A DNA stretch of 64,000 nt from Thermosediminibacteraceae bacterium. Lineage in GTDB: Bacteria > Bacillota > Thermosediminibacteria > Thermosediminibacterales > Thermosediminibacteraceae. Location of the stretch: assembly GCA_021890755.1 (NCBI GenBank), contig JAKKUQ010000003.1, positions 3,292 through 67,291 on the forward strand, written 5' to 3'. This document shows positions 27,330-35,116 of the stretch, in pieces (the stretch's first letter is position 1; the number at the start of each line of letters is the position of its first letter). The notes beneath the pieces were generated by a model. That model was not told the origin of the DNA. It saw only the letters and a program-made list of their open reading frames with translations, and did not search any database. A program made the position numbers and the translations under genes.

Positions 27330-28478
27330 ATGATAAGATTAAGAAAGGGAATAGTACTGGAAGTCTTGAAAGAAAGAGCAGGAATTCAGGAACTTTTGGT
27401 TGAAGTAGAGGGTGAAAAAAGTAAAGCTATAAATTATCCCGCTATCACAGGTAATTGTCGAAAGGGAGATGAAGTTATTTTAAATACCACTGCCATCTTC
27501 CTTAACCTAGGAACTGGTGGCTTTCATTTTGTTATGTACAATTGCTCAATTGAAAAGCTCGACATTAATGGACATGGCCATATAATGAAGCTTAGATACA
27601 CTCCTTTACAAATAAGATGTCTGAGTGCAGAAGAAGAAACAAGTCCTATATCAAAGAAACTTGCAAAAACCGAATCACTTTCAGGTATGCCAGTAGTGAT
27701 AGGATCACTGCACAGCATGCTCGCTCCTGCCTGTGCTGCTATAAAAGCAAAATCTAAAAACCTTAAAATAGCATACGTTATGACCGATGGTGGGGCCCTC
27801 CCCCTCTTTTTCAGCCGCAATGTATGGGAATTAAAGGAAAAAAAGCTTCTTGATCTAACAATTACAACGGGTCATGCTTTTGGTGGAGACTTTGAAACGG
27901 TGAATATATACACAGGCTTGCTCTTAGCAAAAGCTTCGGGTTGTGATATAGCAGTAGTGACGATGGGTCCAGGAATAGTTGGCACCGGAACAAAGTACGG
28001 ACACACAGGATTGGAGCAAGGAGAAATAGTCAACGCAGTTAACATTCTAAAAGGCACCGCTATAGTAATACCGAGAATAAGTTTTTGCGACCAAAGAAAG
28101 CGACATCAAGGAATAAGCCATCATACCATTACATCGCTTTTTGAAATTGCACTGACACGAGCTTTTGTTGTGATTCCAAAAATGAATAAAGAAAAAATGA
28201 AGGTAGTTATGGAACAGATTAGAAATTGCGGTATTGCAAAAAAGCATCGTATAGTAATAGAAGAAGGACTTGAAGGCATTAATTTTTTGCGGTCATTGAG
28301 CGTAGAACTTAACACTATGGGAAGGGGATTCGAGCAGGACCCCGAATTTTTCCTGGCAGCCAGTGCAGCAGGTAACTTTGCTGCGAAAATTATTCTGAAC
28401 AAGGGAGGAGACTGGAGGCAATGGATTTTTTCGAAGCTACAATCAATACAAAAAATATTTTTTCAGGGAAAATATTAA
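27330..28478 (+). CDS. DUF3866-like conserved hypothetical protein
   Basis: SD GAAGGGGA lies before ATG 27330. Soluble ~380-aa protein. The call relies on my recollection of this family's N-terminus and its co-occurrence with steA clusters. Confidence 0.55.
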   Translation: MIRLRKGIVLEVLKERAGIQELLVEVEGEKSKAINYPAITGNCRKGDEVILNTTAIFLNLGTGGFHFVMYNCSIEKLDINGHGHIMKLRYTPLQIRCLSAEEETSPISKKLAKTESLSGMPVVIGSLHSMLAPACAAIKAKSKNLKIAYVMTDGGALPLFFSRNVWELKEKKLLDLTITTGHAFGGDFETVNIYTGLLLAKASGCDIAVVTMGPGIVGTGTKYGHTGLEQGEIVNAVNILKGTAIVIPRISFCDQRKRHQGISHHTITSLFEIALTRAFVVIPKMNKEKMKVVMEQIRNCGIAKKHRIVIEEGLEGINFLRSLSVELNTMGRGFEQDPEFFLAASAAGNFAAKIILNKGGDWRQWIFSKLQSIQKIFFQGKY

Positions 28479-28963
28479 AATTACGGGTGGATGAGGTTAA
28501 ACTTCCTAATGGTAAAGTTTCCACAAGAGAAATCGTGGAGCACCCGGGAGCGGTTGCTATTGTCCCAATAGATGATGACGAAAATGTTATAATGATAAAA
28601 CAGTACCGTAAACCTGTGGAGGAAGTACTTCTTGAAATACCTGCTGGAAAACTAGAAAAAAATGAAGATATAAAGACCTGTGCCCAGCGAGAACTTTTAG
28701 AAGAAACCGGCTTTAAAGCAGAGAAATTGCTGCATATAATTGATTTTTATACCACTCCCGGCTTTTCTAACGAGAAAATGTCCCTTTTTTTGGGGCAGAA
28801 CCTAAAAAAGGCCCAGGGCAAAGCTGATGAAGATGAATTTATCAAAATAGAAAAGATTCCTCTATCAAAAGCACTGAAAATGGTACATAACGGTGAAATA
28901 AAAGATGCAAAAACTATAGTAGGTCTTTTTATTACATATATGTATCTAAAAGGGGAATTTTAA
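28421..28963 (+). CDS. NUDIX hydrolase, ADP-ribose pyrophosphatase-like
   Basis: Nudix box GKLEKNEDIKTCAQRELLEETG. NudF-like N-terminus (IFSGKILKLRVDEVKLPNGK). Overlaps the preceding ORF by 58 nt. Confidence 0.85.
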   Translation: MDFFEATINTKNIFSGKILKLRVDEVKLPNGKVSTREIVEHPGAVAIVPIDDDENVIMIKQYRKPVEEVLLEIPAGKLEKNEDIKTCAQRELLEETGFKAEKLLHIIDFYTTPGFSNEKMSLFLGQNLKKAQGKADEDEFIKIEKIPLSKALKMVHNGEIKDAKTIVGLFITYMYLKGEF

Positions 28964-30136
28964 ATGGAATATTTCGTTGATTTGCATGTCCATATCGGCC
29001 GATCACAAGGTAAACCCGTAAAGGTTACCGCTTCCAGGCAACTTACATTAGATGGCATCATCAAAACTTGTATTGACATTAAAGGTATAAATATAGTTGG
29101 ACTGGTGGATTGTGCATCACCATACGTTCTAAAAGAAATAAAGGATAAAGTAAAATCGGGAGAATTGGTTGAGTTGCCTAAAGGGGGCCTATCTTTTCAA
29201 GGCAAACTGACTTTAATCCTTGGGGCAGAAATAGAAACTCAAGAAAAAAATGGAGCTGCTCATAGTGTTGCGTATTTTTCAAGTATAAAGCAAATGGAGG
29301 AATTTTCAGGAATAATCAGTAAATATATTCGAAATATTGGATTAAGTTCCCAAAAAGCAAGGCTTAATGCACGTCAGCTACTTTCCATAGTAAGCGAATT
29401 AGGAGGAAAACTCATTCCGGCCCATGTCTTTACACCCTTTAAAAGCTTTTACGGAAGTTGCTATGAGAGAATATCAATTGCTTTTGAAGAAAGGTTTAAT
29501 GAAATAAAAACAATAGAATTAGGATTAAGTGCTGATACGAACCTGGCTGATAGGATAAAAGAGCTTTCTGAAAAGCAGTTCGTAACAAATTCCGATGCCC
29601 ATTCTTTAAATAAAATAGGCAGGGAATACAATAAAGTTGAGCTGGACTCCCCAGATTATGAAAATTTGTTTGAAGCAATTGAAGGAAAATCACACCACAA
29701 AAGGGTACTTGCCAATTACGGGCTAGATCCGAGATTAGGGAAATATCACAGGACCCGTTGCCTTTCCTGCAACTATATAGCCGAAACCCCGCCACCGGTT
29801 ATCAAGTGCCCTAAATGTTATAGTAACAAAATTACAATGGGAGTCCTTGATAGAATCACTTTAATTGCCGATTATGATGACGCTGTTCACCCATATGGGA
29901 GGCCGCCGTATTACTATCATATACCGCTAGAATTTGTGCCTGGTATTGGAAAAAAAACAATGGAAAGGTTAATAAAAGCTTTTGGAAGCGAGATTAATAT
30001 AATGCACTATGCAACTTTCGACGATCTTAAAGAAGTAGCAGGCGAATCAGTTGCAGAAAAAATACTTGCAGCAAGAAAAGGGACCTTAAAACTAAAAGTC
30101 GGCGGTGGGGGCATTTACGGAAAGGTATTATTGTAA
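28964..30136 (+). CDS. Endonuclease Q-like protein (PHP domain, zinc ribbon, HhH)
   Basis: N-terminal DLHVHIG PHP motif. CLSC...CPKC zinc ribbon. C-terminal helix-hairpin-helix (VPGIGKKTMERLIKAFG). Confidence 0.7.
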   Translation: MEYFVDLHVHIGRSQGKPVKVTASRQLTLDGIIKTCIDIKGINIVGLVDCASPYVLKEIKDKVKSGELVELPKGGLSFQGKLTLILGAEIETQEKNGAAHSVAYFSSIKQMEEFSGIISKYIRNIGLSSQKARLNARQLLSIVSELGGKLIPAHVFTPFKSFYGSCYERISIAFEERFNEIKTIELGLSADTNLADRIKELSEKQFVTNSDAHSLNKIGREYNKVELDSPDYENLFEAIEGKSHHKRVLANYGLDPRLGKYHRTRCLSCNYIAETPPPVIKCPKCYSNKITMGVLDRITLIADYDDAVHPYGRPPYYYHIPLEFVPGIGKKTMERLIKAFGSEINIMHYATFDDLKEVAGESVAEKILAARKGTLKLKVGGGGIYGKVLL

Positions 30137-30144
30137 GTTAAGTT

Positions 30145-30171
30145 ATATTGAATCTCCTCCAGGCATAATAT
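30145..30171 (+). promoter_or_regulatory. Sigma-E-type promoter for spoIIM
   Basis: ATATT (30145-30149), a 14-nt spacer, then CATAATAT (30164-30171). Close to the sigma-E consensus as I recall it (ATATT-14-CATACA-T). spoIIM is sigma-E-dependent in B. subtilis. Confidence 0.5.
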
Positions 30172-30196
30172 TTTTATAAGTGGACGGGGAGGAGAT
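30152..30196 (+). promoter_or_regulatory. Anti-SD hairpin spanning the spoIIM promoter and RBS
   Basis: ATCTCCTCC (30152-30160) is the exact reverse complement of GGAGGAGAT (30188-30196), which is the SD for TTG 30202. Confidence 0.5.
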
Positions 30197-30201
30197 ACTC
30201 T

Positions 30202-30828
30202 TTGAATTACTTAGTTTTAAAGCTAGCTAATTACGTAAAACAAAATTTGGGGTATTATTTAATAGTATGCTTTATATTAGTTGCAGGAATAATCGCAGGA
30301 AGCTTATCAGTAAGGTTATTGTCAGAACCTCAAAAACAGGAACTTTTGAATTACATTGAACTGTTTTTTGCTAACGTACAGAATGTAAATATCGACTCCT
30401 CAACGATATTTTACACCTCGGTTCTCAATAACCTAAAAACAGCATTGTTGATTTGCCTTGCGGGCTTTTTTATCATTAGTTTCCCTTTAATTTTGCTTGT
30501 GATCTTTTTCAGGGGATATATTTTAGGATTCACCGTTGGATTTCTAGTAGTCGAATTTGGTATAAAGGGATGCATTTTTGCTATTTTTTCCATACTCCCT
30601 CAAAATATCATTATTCTCCCGACCATCCTTTCGATTGGAGTAATCGGAATTTGCTTTGCAGCCACGGTGATTAAGAACAGAAAAAGAATGCATCGGCAAG
30701 AATATTTTAGCATGGTAGCAAGTTATATGCTTTTAAATTTGACTTTCTGTTCTTTTTTAATAGTAGCTGGTTTGGTAGAAGGTTATATTTCACCCGTGTT
30801 TATTAAACTAGTGACATCATACATATAA
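30202..30828 (+). CDS. spoIIM: Stage II sporulation protein M
   Basis: Polytopic ~208-aa protein of the SpoIIM/DUF95 type. Located next to xerD, as in Bacilli and Clostridia. Confidence 0.85.
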   Translation: MNYLVLKLANYVKQNLGYYLIVCFILVAGIIAGSLSVRLLSEPQKQELLNYIELFFANVQNVNIDSSTIFYTSVLNNLKTALLICLAGFFIISFPLILLVIFFRGYILGFTVGFLVVEFGIKGCIFAIFSILPQNIIILPTILSIGVIGICFAATVIKNRKRMHRQEYFSMVASYMLLNLTFCSFLIVAGLVEGYISPVFIKLVTSYI

Positions 30829-30879
30829 ACCTAAAAGGGAAAATCCTTTTATTGTTGAATAATTATATTGGTGAGATAT

Positions 30880-31767
30880 ATGGAGGAATTATTGAAACGA
30901 TTTTTAGACTTTATAAGTGTAGAAAAAGGCCTTGCAGTCAATACGATTGAATCTTATAAAAGAGATTTAAAAAGTTACATATGTTATTTAAAAGCACAGA
31001 ATATAGCAGATATCAAATCTACTTCGAAAACCACCATAATATCGTATCTTTTGCTTATGCAAAAAAGCGGTAAAGCCAGTAGTAGTATTTCTAGAGCATG
31101 TGCCGCGATTAAATCTTTCTACCATTTTCTAGCGCGTGAACGTTATATCGACGAAGACCCTACTATTAACTTGGGCACTCCCAAGCTAGAAAAAAAGCTT
31201 CCTAGAGTTTTAACCGTCCAGGAGGTTGAAAGACTCCTGGAACAGCCTGACACTACCGATCCATTGGGATTTCGAGATAAAACGATGTTAGAGCTGTTGT
31301 ATTCGACAGGAATAAGGGTATCTGAATTAATTTCCTTAACGGTTGATGACGTAAATTTAGATATGGGCTTTTTACGTTGCTTTGGTAAGGGGTCAAAAGA
31401 AAGAATTGTACCTATAGGATCTTTTGCTATAAGTTACCTGAGGCAGTACATAATTCATATTAGAAATCAGTTAATAAAGGATAAAGCTACTAATATTCTT
31501 TTTGTAAACCATAAAGGTAAGGCATTAACTAGACAAGGATTTTGGAAAATAATAAAAAAATACGCCCGCAAAGCTGGAATCAATAAAGAAATAACTCCCC
31601 ATACGCTTCGTCATTCTTTCGCAACTCACCTCATTGAAAACGGTGCAGATTTAAGGGCAGTCCAAGAAATGCTGGGCCATGCCGATATATCCACCACCCA
31701 AATATACACACACTTAACGAAGACGAGGATAAAGGAAGTATACGACAAAACACACCCAAGAGCGTAG
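30880..31767 (+). CDS. xerD: Site-specific tyrosine recombinase XerD
   Basis: Catalytic R...HxxR...Y residues (TGIRVSEL, HTLRHSFATHL, LGHADISTTQIYTH). Xer-type N-terminus (FLDFISVEKGLAVNTIESYKRDL). Confidence 0.9.
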   Translation: MEELLKRFLDFISVEKGLAVNTIESYKRDLKSYICYLKAQNIADIKSTSKTTIISYLLLMQKSGKASSSISRACAAIKSFYHFLARERYIDEDPTINLGTPKLEKKLPRVLTVQEVERLLEQPDTTDPLGFRDKTMLELLYSTGIRVSELISLTVDDVNLDMGFLRCFGKGSKERIVPIGSFAISYLRQYIIHIRNQLIKDKATNILFVNHKGKALTRQGFWKIIKKYARKAGINKEITPHTLRHSFATHLIENGADLRAVQEMLGHADISTTQIYTHLTKTRIKEVYDKTHPRA

Positions 31768-31776
31768 CTGAATAAC

Positions 31777-31816
31777 ATTCCTCCCTAAGGGAAAACATAT
31801 AACCGAAGGGAGGAAT
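31777..31816 (+). promoter_or_regulatory. Perfect 10-bp anti-SD hairpin in front of dacF
   Basis: ATTCCTCCCT (31777-31786) pairs with AGGGAGGAAT (31807-31816), leaving a 20-nt loop. The 3' arm contains the SD for ATG 31824. Confidence 0.5.
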
Positions 31817-31823
31817 AGCTTTT

Positions 31824-32984
31824 ATGATATCGAGCAAATTAATGAGAATAATCTCGTTGAGTTTAGTTTTTTTAATATGTAGCAACTTTACAGTATATGC
31901 CCAGCCTTATCCTGAAATAAAATCTCCGTCTGCAATATTAATAGATGCAGGAACCGGAACAGTGTTATATGAAAAGAATCCCCATCAAAGGATGGAACCA
32001 GCAAGTATTACAAAAATAATGACGCTGCTTATAGCTCTTGAAGCTATAGAGCAAGGAAAGGTAACGTTAACCGATAAGGTAAAAATCAGCGAGAGGGCAT
32101 GGAAAACTGGCGGGAGCCAGGTCTTTTTAGGCCCTGGAGAAGAGCAGACCCTTGAAACCTTATTGAAAAGTATTACAATAGCATCGGCTAATGATGCCTC
32201 AGTTGCGGTTGCTGAATATATAGGCGGTAGCGTTGAAGGCTTTGTGAAGTTAATGAATGAAAAAGCAAAATCTTTAGGGATGAAAAATACCAATTTTACA
32301 AATCCGCATGGGTTACCTGATCCCAATAATTATACTACTGCCTACGATATTGCCCTAATGAGTAGAGAACTTGTGAAGTACCCTAAATTCTTTGAATGGT
32401 CAACAGTATGGGTTGACTATTTAGAACACACCGATAAGAAACGCGAACCAACAATGCTGGCCAATACCAATAAACTTTTAGGTAAGTACGAGGGGTTAGA
32501 TGGCATAAAGACTGGATTTCACGCGAGAGCAGGTTATTGCTTTGTTGGTACCGCTAAACGAGGTAATTTGCGGCTGATATCAGTAGTGCTAAATTCCCCC
32601 TCTTCAAACGACCGTTTTGAAGATACAAAAAAACTTCTGGACTATGGGTTCGGAAAATATGATTCCATACAAGTGGTCACGAAGAATTCGGTTTTGGCCA
32701 AACTTCCTGTAGAGAAAGGGCTAAAAAAACAAGCAGATGTGATAGCATCAGATGACCTAAACATTTTAGTCGAGAAAGGAAAAGAGAAAACTATTAATAC
32801 TAAATTAGAATTACCCGAAAAAATTACAGCACCCGTTCCAGCAGGGCAAAAAGTAGGTAAATTAATTGCGGAGCAGGACGGTAAAGTTGTAGGAGAGGTA
32901 GAACTTATTATTTCAGAGGGGATTGATAAAGCTGGGTTATTTTATATTTTCAGACGATTGTTAGGAGAATGGCTGAATTTTTAA
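31824..32984 (+). CDS. dacF: D-alanyl-D-alanine carboxypeptidase (S11 PBP5-type), sporulation-associated by context
   Basis: Signal peptide. SxxK (ASITKIMT), SxN (SANDAS) and KTG (KTGFH) motifs. Directly upstream of spoIIAA-spoIIAB-sigF, as in B. subtilis. Confidence 0.85.
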   Translation: MISSKLMRIISLSLVFLICSNFTVYAQPYPEIKSPSAILIDAGTGTVLYEKNPHQRMEPASITKIMTLLIALEAIEQGKVTLTDKVKISERAWKTGGSQVFLGPGEEQTLETLLKSITIASANDASVAVAEYIGGSVEGFVKLMNEKAKSLGMKNTNFTNPHGLPDPNNYTTAYDIALMSRELVKYPKFFEWSTVWVDYLEHTDKKREPTMLANTNKLLGKYEGLDGIKTGFHARAGYCFVGTAKRGNLRLISVVLNSPSSNDRFEDTKKLLDYGFGKYDSIQVVTKNSVLAKLPVEKGLKKQADVIASDDLNILVEKGKEKTINTKLELPEKITAPVPAGQKVGKLIAEQDGKVVGEVELIISEGIDKAGLFYIFRRLLGEWLNF

Positions 32985-33012
32985 AAACGCACTCTGTGCG
33001 TTTTTTTATTTT
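32984..33012 (+). terminator. Rho-independent terminator after dacF
   Basis: Stem AAACGCAC/GTGCGTTT, 3-nt loop, then a T run. Confidence 0.75.
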
Positions 33013-33094
33013 TAGCAGGAATTTCCTAATTGTTTGTAGAAAAGTTTATTTATCCCAAAAAAATGATGTTTTTGATGCGGGGGTATGGAACTAA

Positions 33095-33430
33095 ATGGGG
33101 GTAACTTTTAAAGCTTATAATGATATTTTAATCGTCAATTTAAAAGGAGAATTAGATCACCACATGGCACGAATTGTAAAAGAAAAATTAGATGAATATC
33201 TTGCAAGGCAAACTTTCAAAAAGATATTATTTAATTTTAAATATGTAAATTTTATGGATAGTTCCGGGGTAGGAATGTTAATTGGACGCTATAAACACCT
33301 TCAAAAAATAGGAGGGAAAATGGGAGCAGTAAATATTGGAAAACAAGTGAAGAGGATCTTTGAAATATCAGGTCTTTTTAATATAATCCCATGCTATAAA
33401 GATGAAATTGAAGCTAGCGAAAAAATGTAG
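33095..33430 (+). CDS. spoIIAA: Anti-sigma-F factor antagonist SpoIIAA (STAS domain)
   Basis: STAS fold with the phosphorylatable Ser motif ([14 protein letters not shown]). Operon context. Confidence 0.93.
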   Translation: MGVTFKAYNDILIVNLKGELDHHMARIVKEKLDEYLARQTFKKILFNFKYVNFMDSSGVGMLIGRYKHLQKIGGKMGAVNIGKQVKRIFEISGLFNIIPCYKDEIEASEKM

Positions 33431-33441
33431 GGAGTGATTTT

Positions 33442-33873
33442 ATGGATATATTAAATGAAATGACTATTGATTTTTTAAGTAAATCCCAGAATGAAGCTTT
33501 TGCAAGGGTAGTGGTAGCAGCCTTTGCCTCGCAGTTAAATCCTACCCTGGATGAATTAGCTGATATAAAGACAGCCGTATCTGAAGCGGTAACCAATTGT
33601 ATAATACACGGCTATGAAAATACCGTTGGAATAATAAGGATAAAAGCAATTCTTCGTGAGAATGAAATAGAAATATGGGTCCAAGATTGGGGAAAGGGCA
33701 TTGAGGATATAGAAAAGGCCCGGCAGCCTTTATGGACATCAAAGCCAGAACTAGATAGATCCGGCATGGGATTTACAATAATGGAAAACTTTATGGATAA
33801 ACTTGAAGTTGAATCTACTCCGGGTAAAGGGACTATAGTTAAGATGTATAAAACGATAAAAAGTAAAAATTAG
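33442..33873 (+). CDS. spoIIAB: Anti-sigma-F factor SpoIIAB (serine kinase)
   Basis: GHKL ATPase motifs ([33 protein letters not shown]). Confidence 0.93.
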   Translation: MDILNEMTIDFLSKSQNEAFARVVVAAFASQLNPTLDELADIKTAVSEAVTNCIIHGYENTVGIIRIKAILRENEIEIWVQDWGKGIEDIEKARQPLWTSKPELDRSGMGFTIMENFMDKLEVESTPGKGTIVKMYKTIKSKN

Positions 33874-33896
33874 CAAAAGTATCTGGGGTAAAAGTT

Positions 33897-34622
33897 ATGA
33901 ATTCCGAAAGAACTTTAGAATTGTTAAAAAAAGCAAAAGAAGGAGATCAAGAAGCCAAAAATGAACTAGTTACGTTAAATTTAGGACTTGTCTGGAGTAT
34001 AGTAAAAAGATTTGCAAATAGAGGTTACGAGCTTGAGGATTTATTTCAGATTGGGAGCATAGGATTATTAAAAGCAATAGATAAATTTGATTTTGCATAC
34101 AACGTGAAATTTTCGACGTATGCAGTCCCAATGATATTGGGTGAAATAAAAAGATTTTTAAGGGACAATGCACCCGTGAAAATGGCTCGGTCCATGAGGG
34201 ATTTAACTGTTAAAATACAAAATGCAAAAGAAAAATTGACTCAAGAACTAAGCAGGGAACCTACCATAGAAGAACTTGCCGAAGAAGTTGGTGTAACGAA
34301 AGAAGAATTGGTAATAGGACTCGAAGCTTCGCAACCTTTAGTTTCTTTAAATGACGTAGTATTTCAAGACGATGGAGCTCCTATTTATTATATTGACCAG
34401 ATAAACGATGATGATCATCTACAAAGTCAATGGCTCGACAAAATTGCTTTGAAAGAGGCTCTGTCAAGATTAGACAAATTAGAAAGACAAATCATAATAC
34501 TCAGGTACTTTAAAGAAAAAACTCAAACTGAAATTGCGAACATTTTAGGAATCACTCAGGTACAGGTATCACGACTAGAGAAAAAGATCCTCACAAAAAT
34601 AAAAAATTTACTCATATCATAA
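33897..34622 (+). CDS. sigF: RNA polymerase sporulation sigma factor F
   Basis: Sigma-70 regions 2-4 (DLFQIGSIGLLKAIDKFD, STYAVPMILGEIKRFLRD, TQTEIANILGITQVQVSRLEKK). Operon context. Confidence 0.93.
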   Translation: MNSERTLELLKKAKEGDQEAKNELVTLNLGLVWSIVKRFANRGYELEDLFQIGSIGLLKAIDKFDFAYNVKFSTYAVPMILGEIKRFLRDNAPVKMARSMRDLTVKIQNAKEKLTQELSREPTIEELAEEVGVTKEELVIGLEASQPLVSLNDVVFQDDGAPIYYIDQINDDDHLQSQWLDKIALKEALSRLDKLERQIIILRYFKEKTQTEIANILGITQVQVSRLEKKILTKIKNLLIS

Positions 34623-34623
34623 A

Positions 34624-34652
34624 AAGCCTTAACGAAAAGGCTTATTTTTTTT
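34624..34652 (+). terminator. Rho-independent terminator after sigF
   Basis: Stem AAGCCTT/AAGGCTT, 6-nt loop, then a T8 run. Confidence 0.8.
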
Positions 34653-34654
34653 AT

Positions 34655-34685
34655 GAATAAGTAATTCAAAACAAGGTAAATACTA
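34655..34685 (+). promoter_or_regulatory. Possible sigma-G-type (forespore) promoter for the dodecin-spoVA transcription unit
   Basis: GAATA, a 19-nt spacer, then AATACTA. Resembles the sigma-G consensus as I recall it (GHATR-17/18-CATxxTA). The spacer is one nt too long and the first -10 base mismatches. Confidence 0.3.
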
Positions 34686-34702
34686 GTTTTGAGGTGGTTA
34701 AG

Positions 34703-34870
34703 TTGAAAAAAAAGTTGTTTTATATAGCTTTAATATTAATTTTAGCTTTTGTAAGTATCGTATATATGACAAACATAAAGACTAGGACGCCTCCTAAAAG
34801 CGCCAAACTGGTAATTGAAAAGATACAGAATAAAGATTCAGGGATAGGAAAAACTAAAATTGAGATTTAA
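34703..34870 (+). CDS. Small (55 aa) single-TM hypothetical protein, absent from the ORF track
   Basis: SD GAGGTGG lies 5 nt upstream of TTG 34703. The product has a Lys-rich N-terminus and one hydrophobic helix (LFYIALILILAFVSIVYM). Confidence 0.35.
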   Translation: MKKKLFYIALILILAFVSIVYMTNIKTRTPPKSAKLVIEKIQNKDSGIGKTKIEI

Positions 34871-34890
34871 AAAATAAGGGGGCAAAGGTT

Positions 34891-35103
34891 ATGACAGTAA
34901 AAATTATCGAAGTGGTTGGAGAGTCAAAAAATAGTTGGCAGGAAGCGGTTGAAAATGCTGTTAGAGATGCAAGCAAAACTATAAGGAACATTACTGGTGT
35001 AGAAGTAAGAAATCAAACAGCAAATGTCCGGGATGGAAAAATAGTAGAATACAAAGCCGATGTGGCCATCGCTTTTAAAGTAGATGGCACAACAGAAGTA
35101 TAG
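34891..35103 (+). CDS. Dodecin-family (flavin-binding dodecamer) protein
   Basis: 70 aa. The pattern VKIIEVVGESKNSWQEAVENAV...GVEV...G.IVEYKADVAIAFKV is typical of dodecin. SD AAGGGGG. Confidence 0.75.
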   Translation: MTVKIIEVVGESKNSWQEAVENAVRDASKTIRNITGVEVRNQTANVRDGKIVEYKADVAIAFKVDGTTEV

Positions 35104-35116
35104 GGAGAAGTTACAA

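Noticed and set aside
30880-31767. The tyrosine recombinase as a marker of a prophage or integrative element.
   Set aside because: It has the Xer-type N-terminal domain and motifs and sits in the conserved nudix-spoIIM-xerD housekeeping context. I saw no att-like repeats, phage genes or compositional break nearby, so I interpret it as chromosomal XerD.
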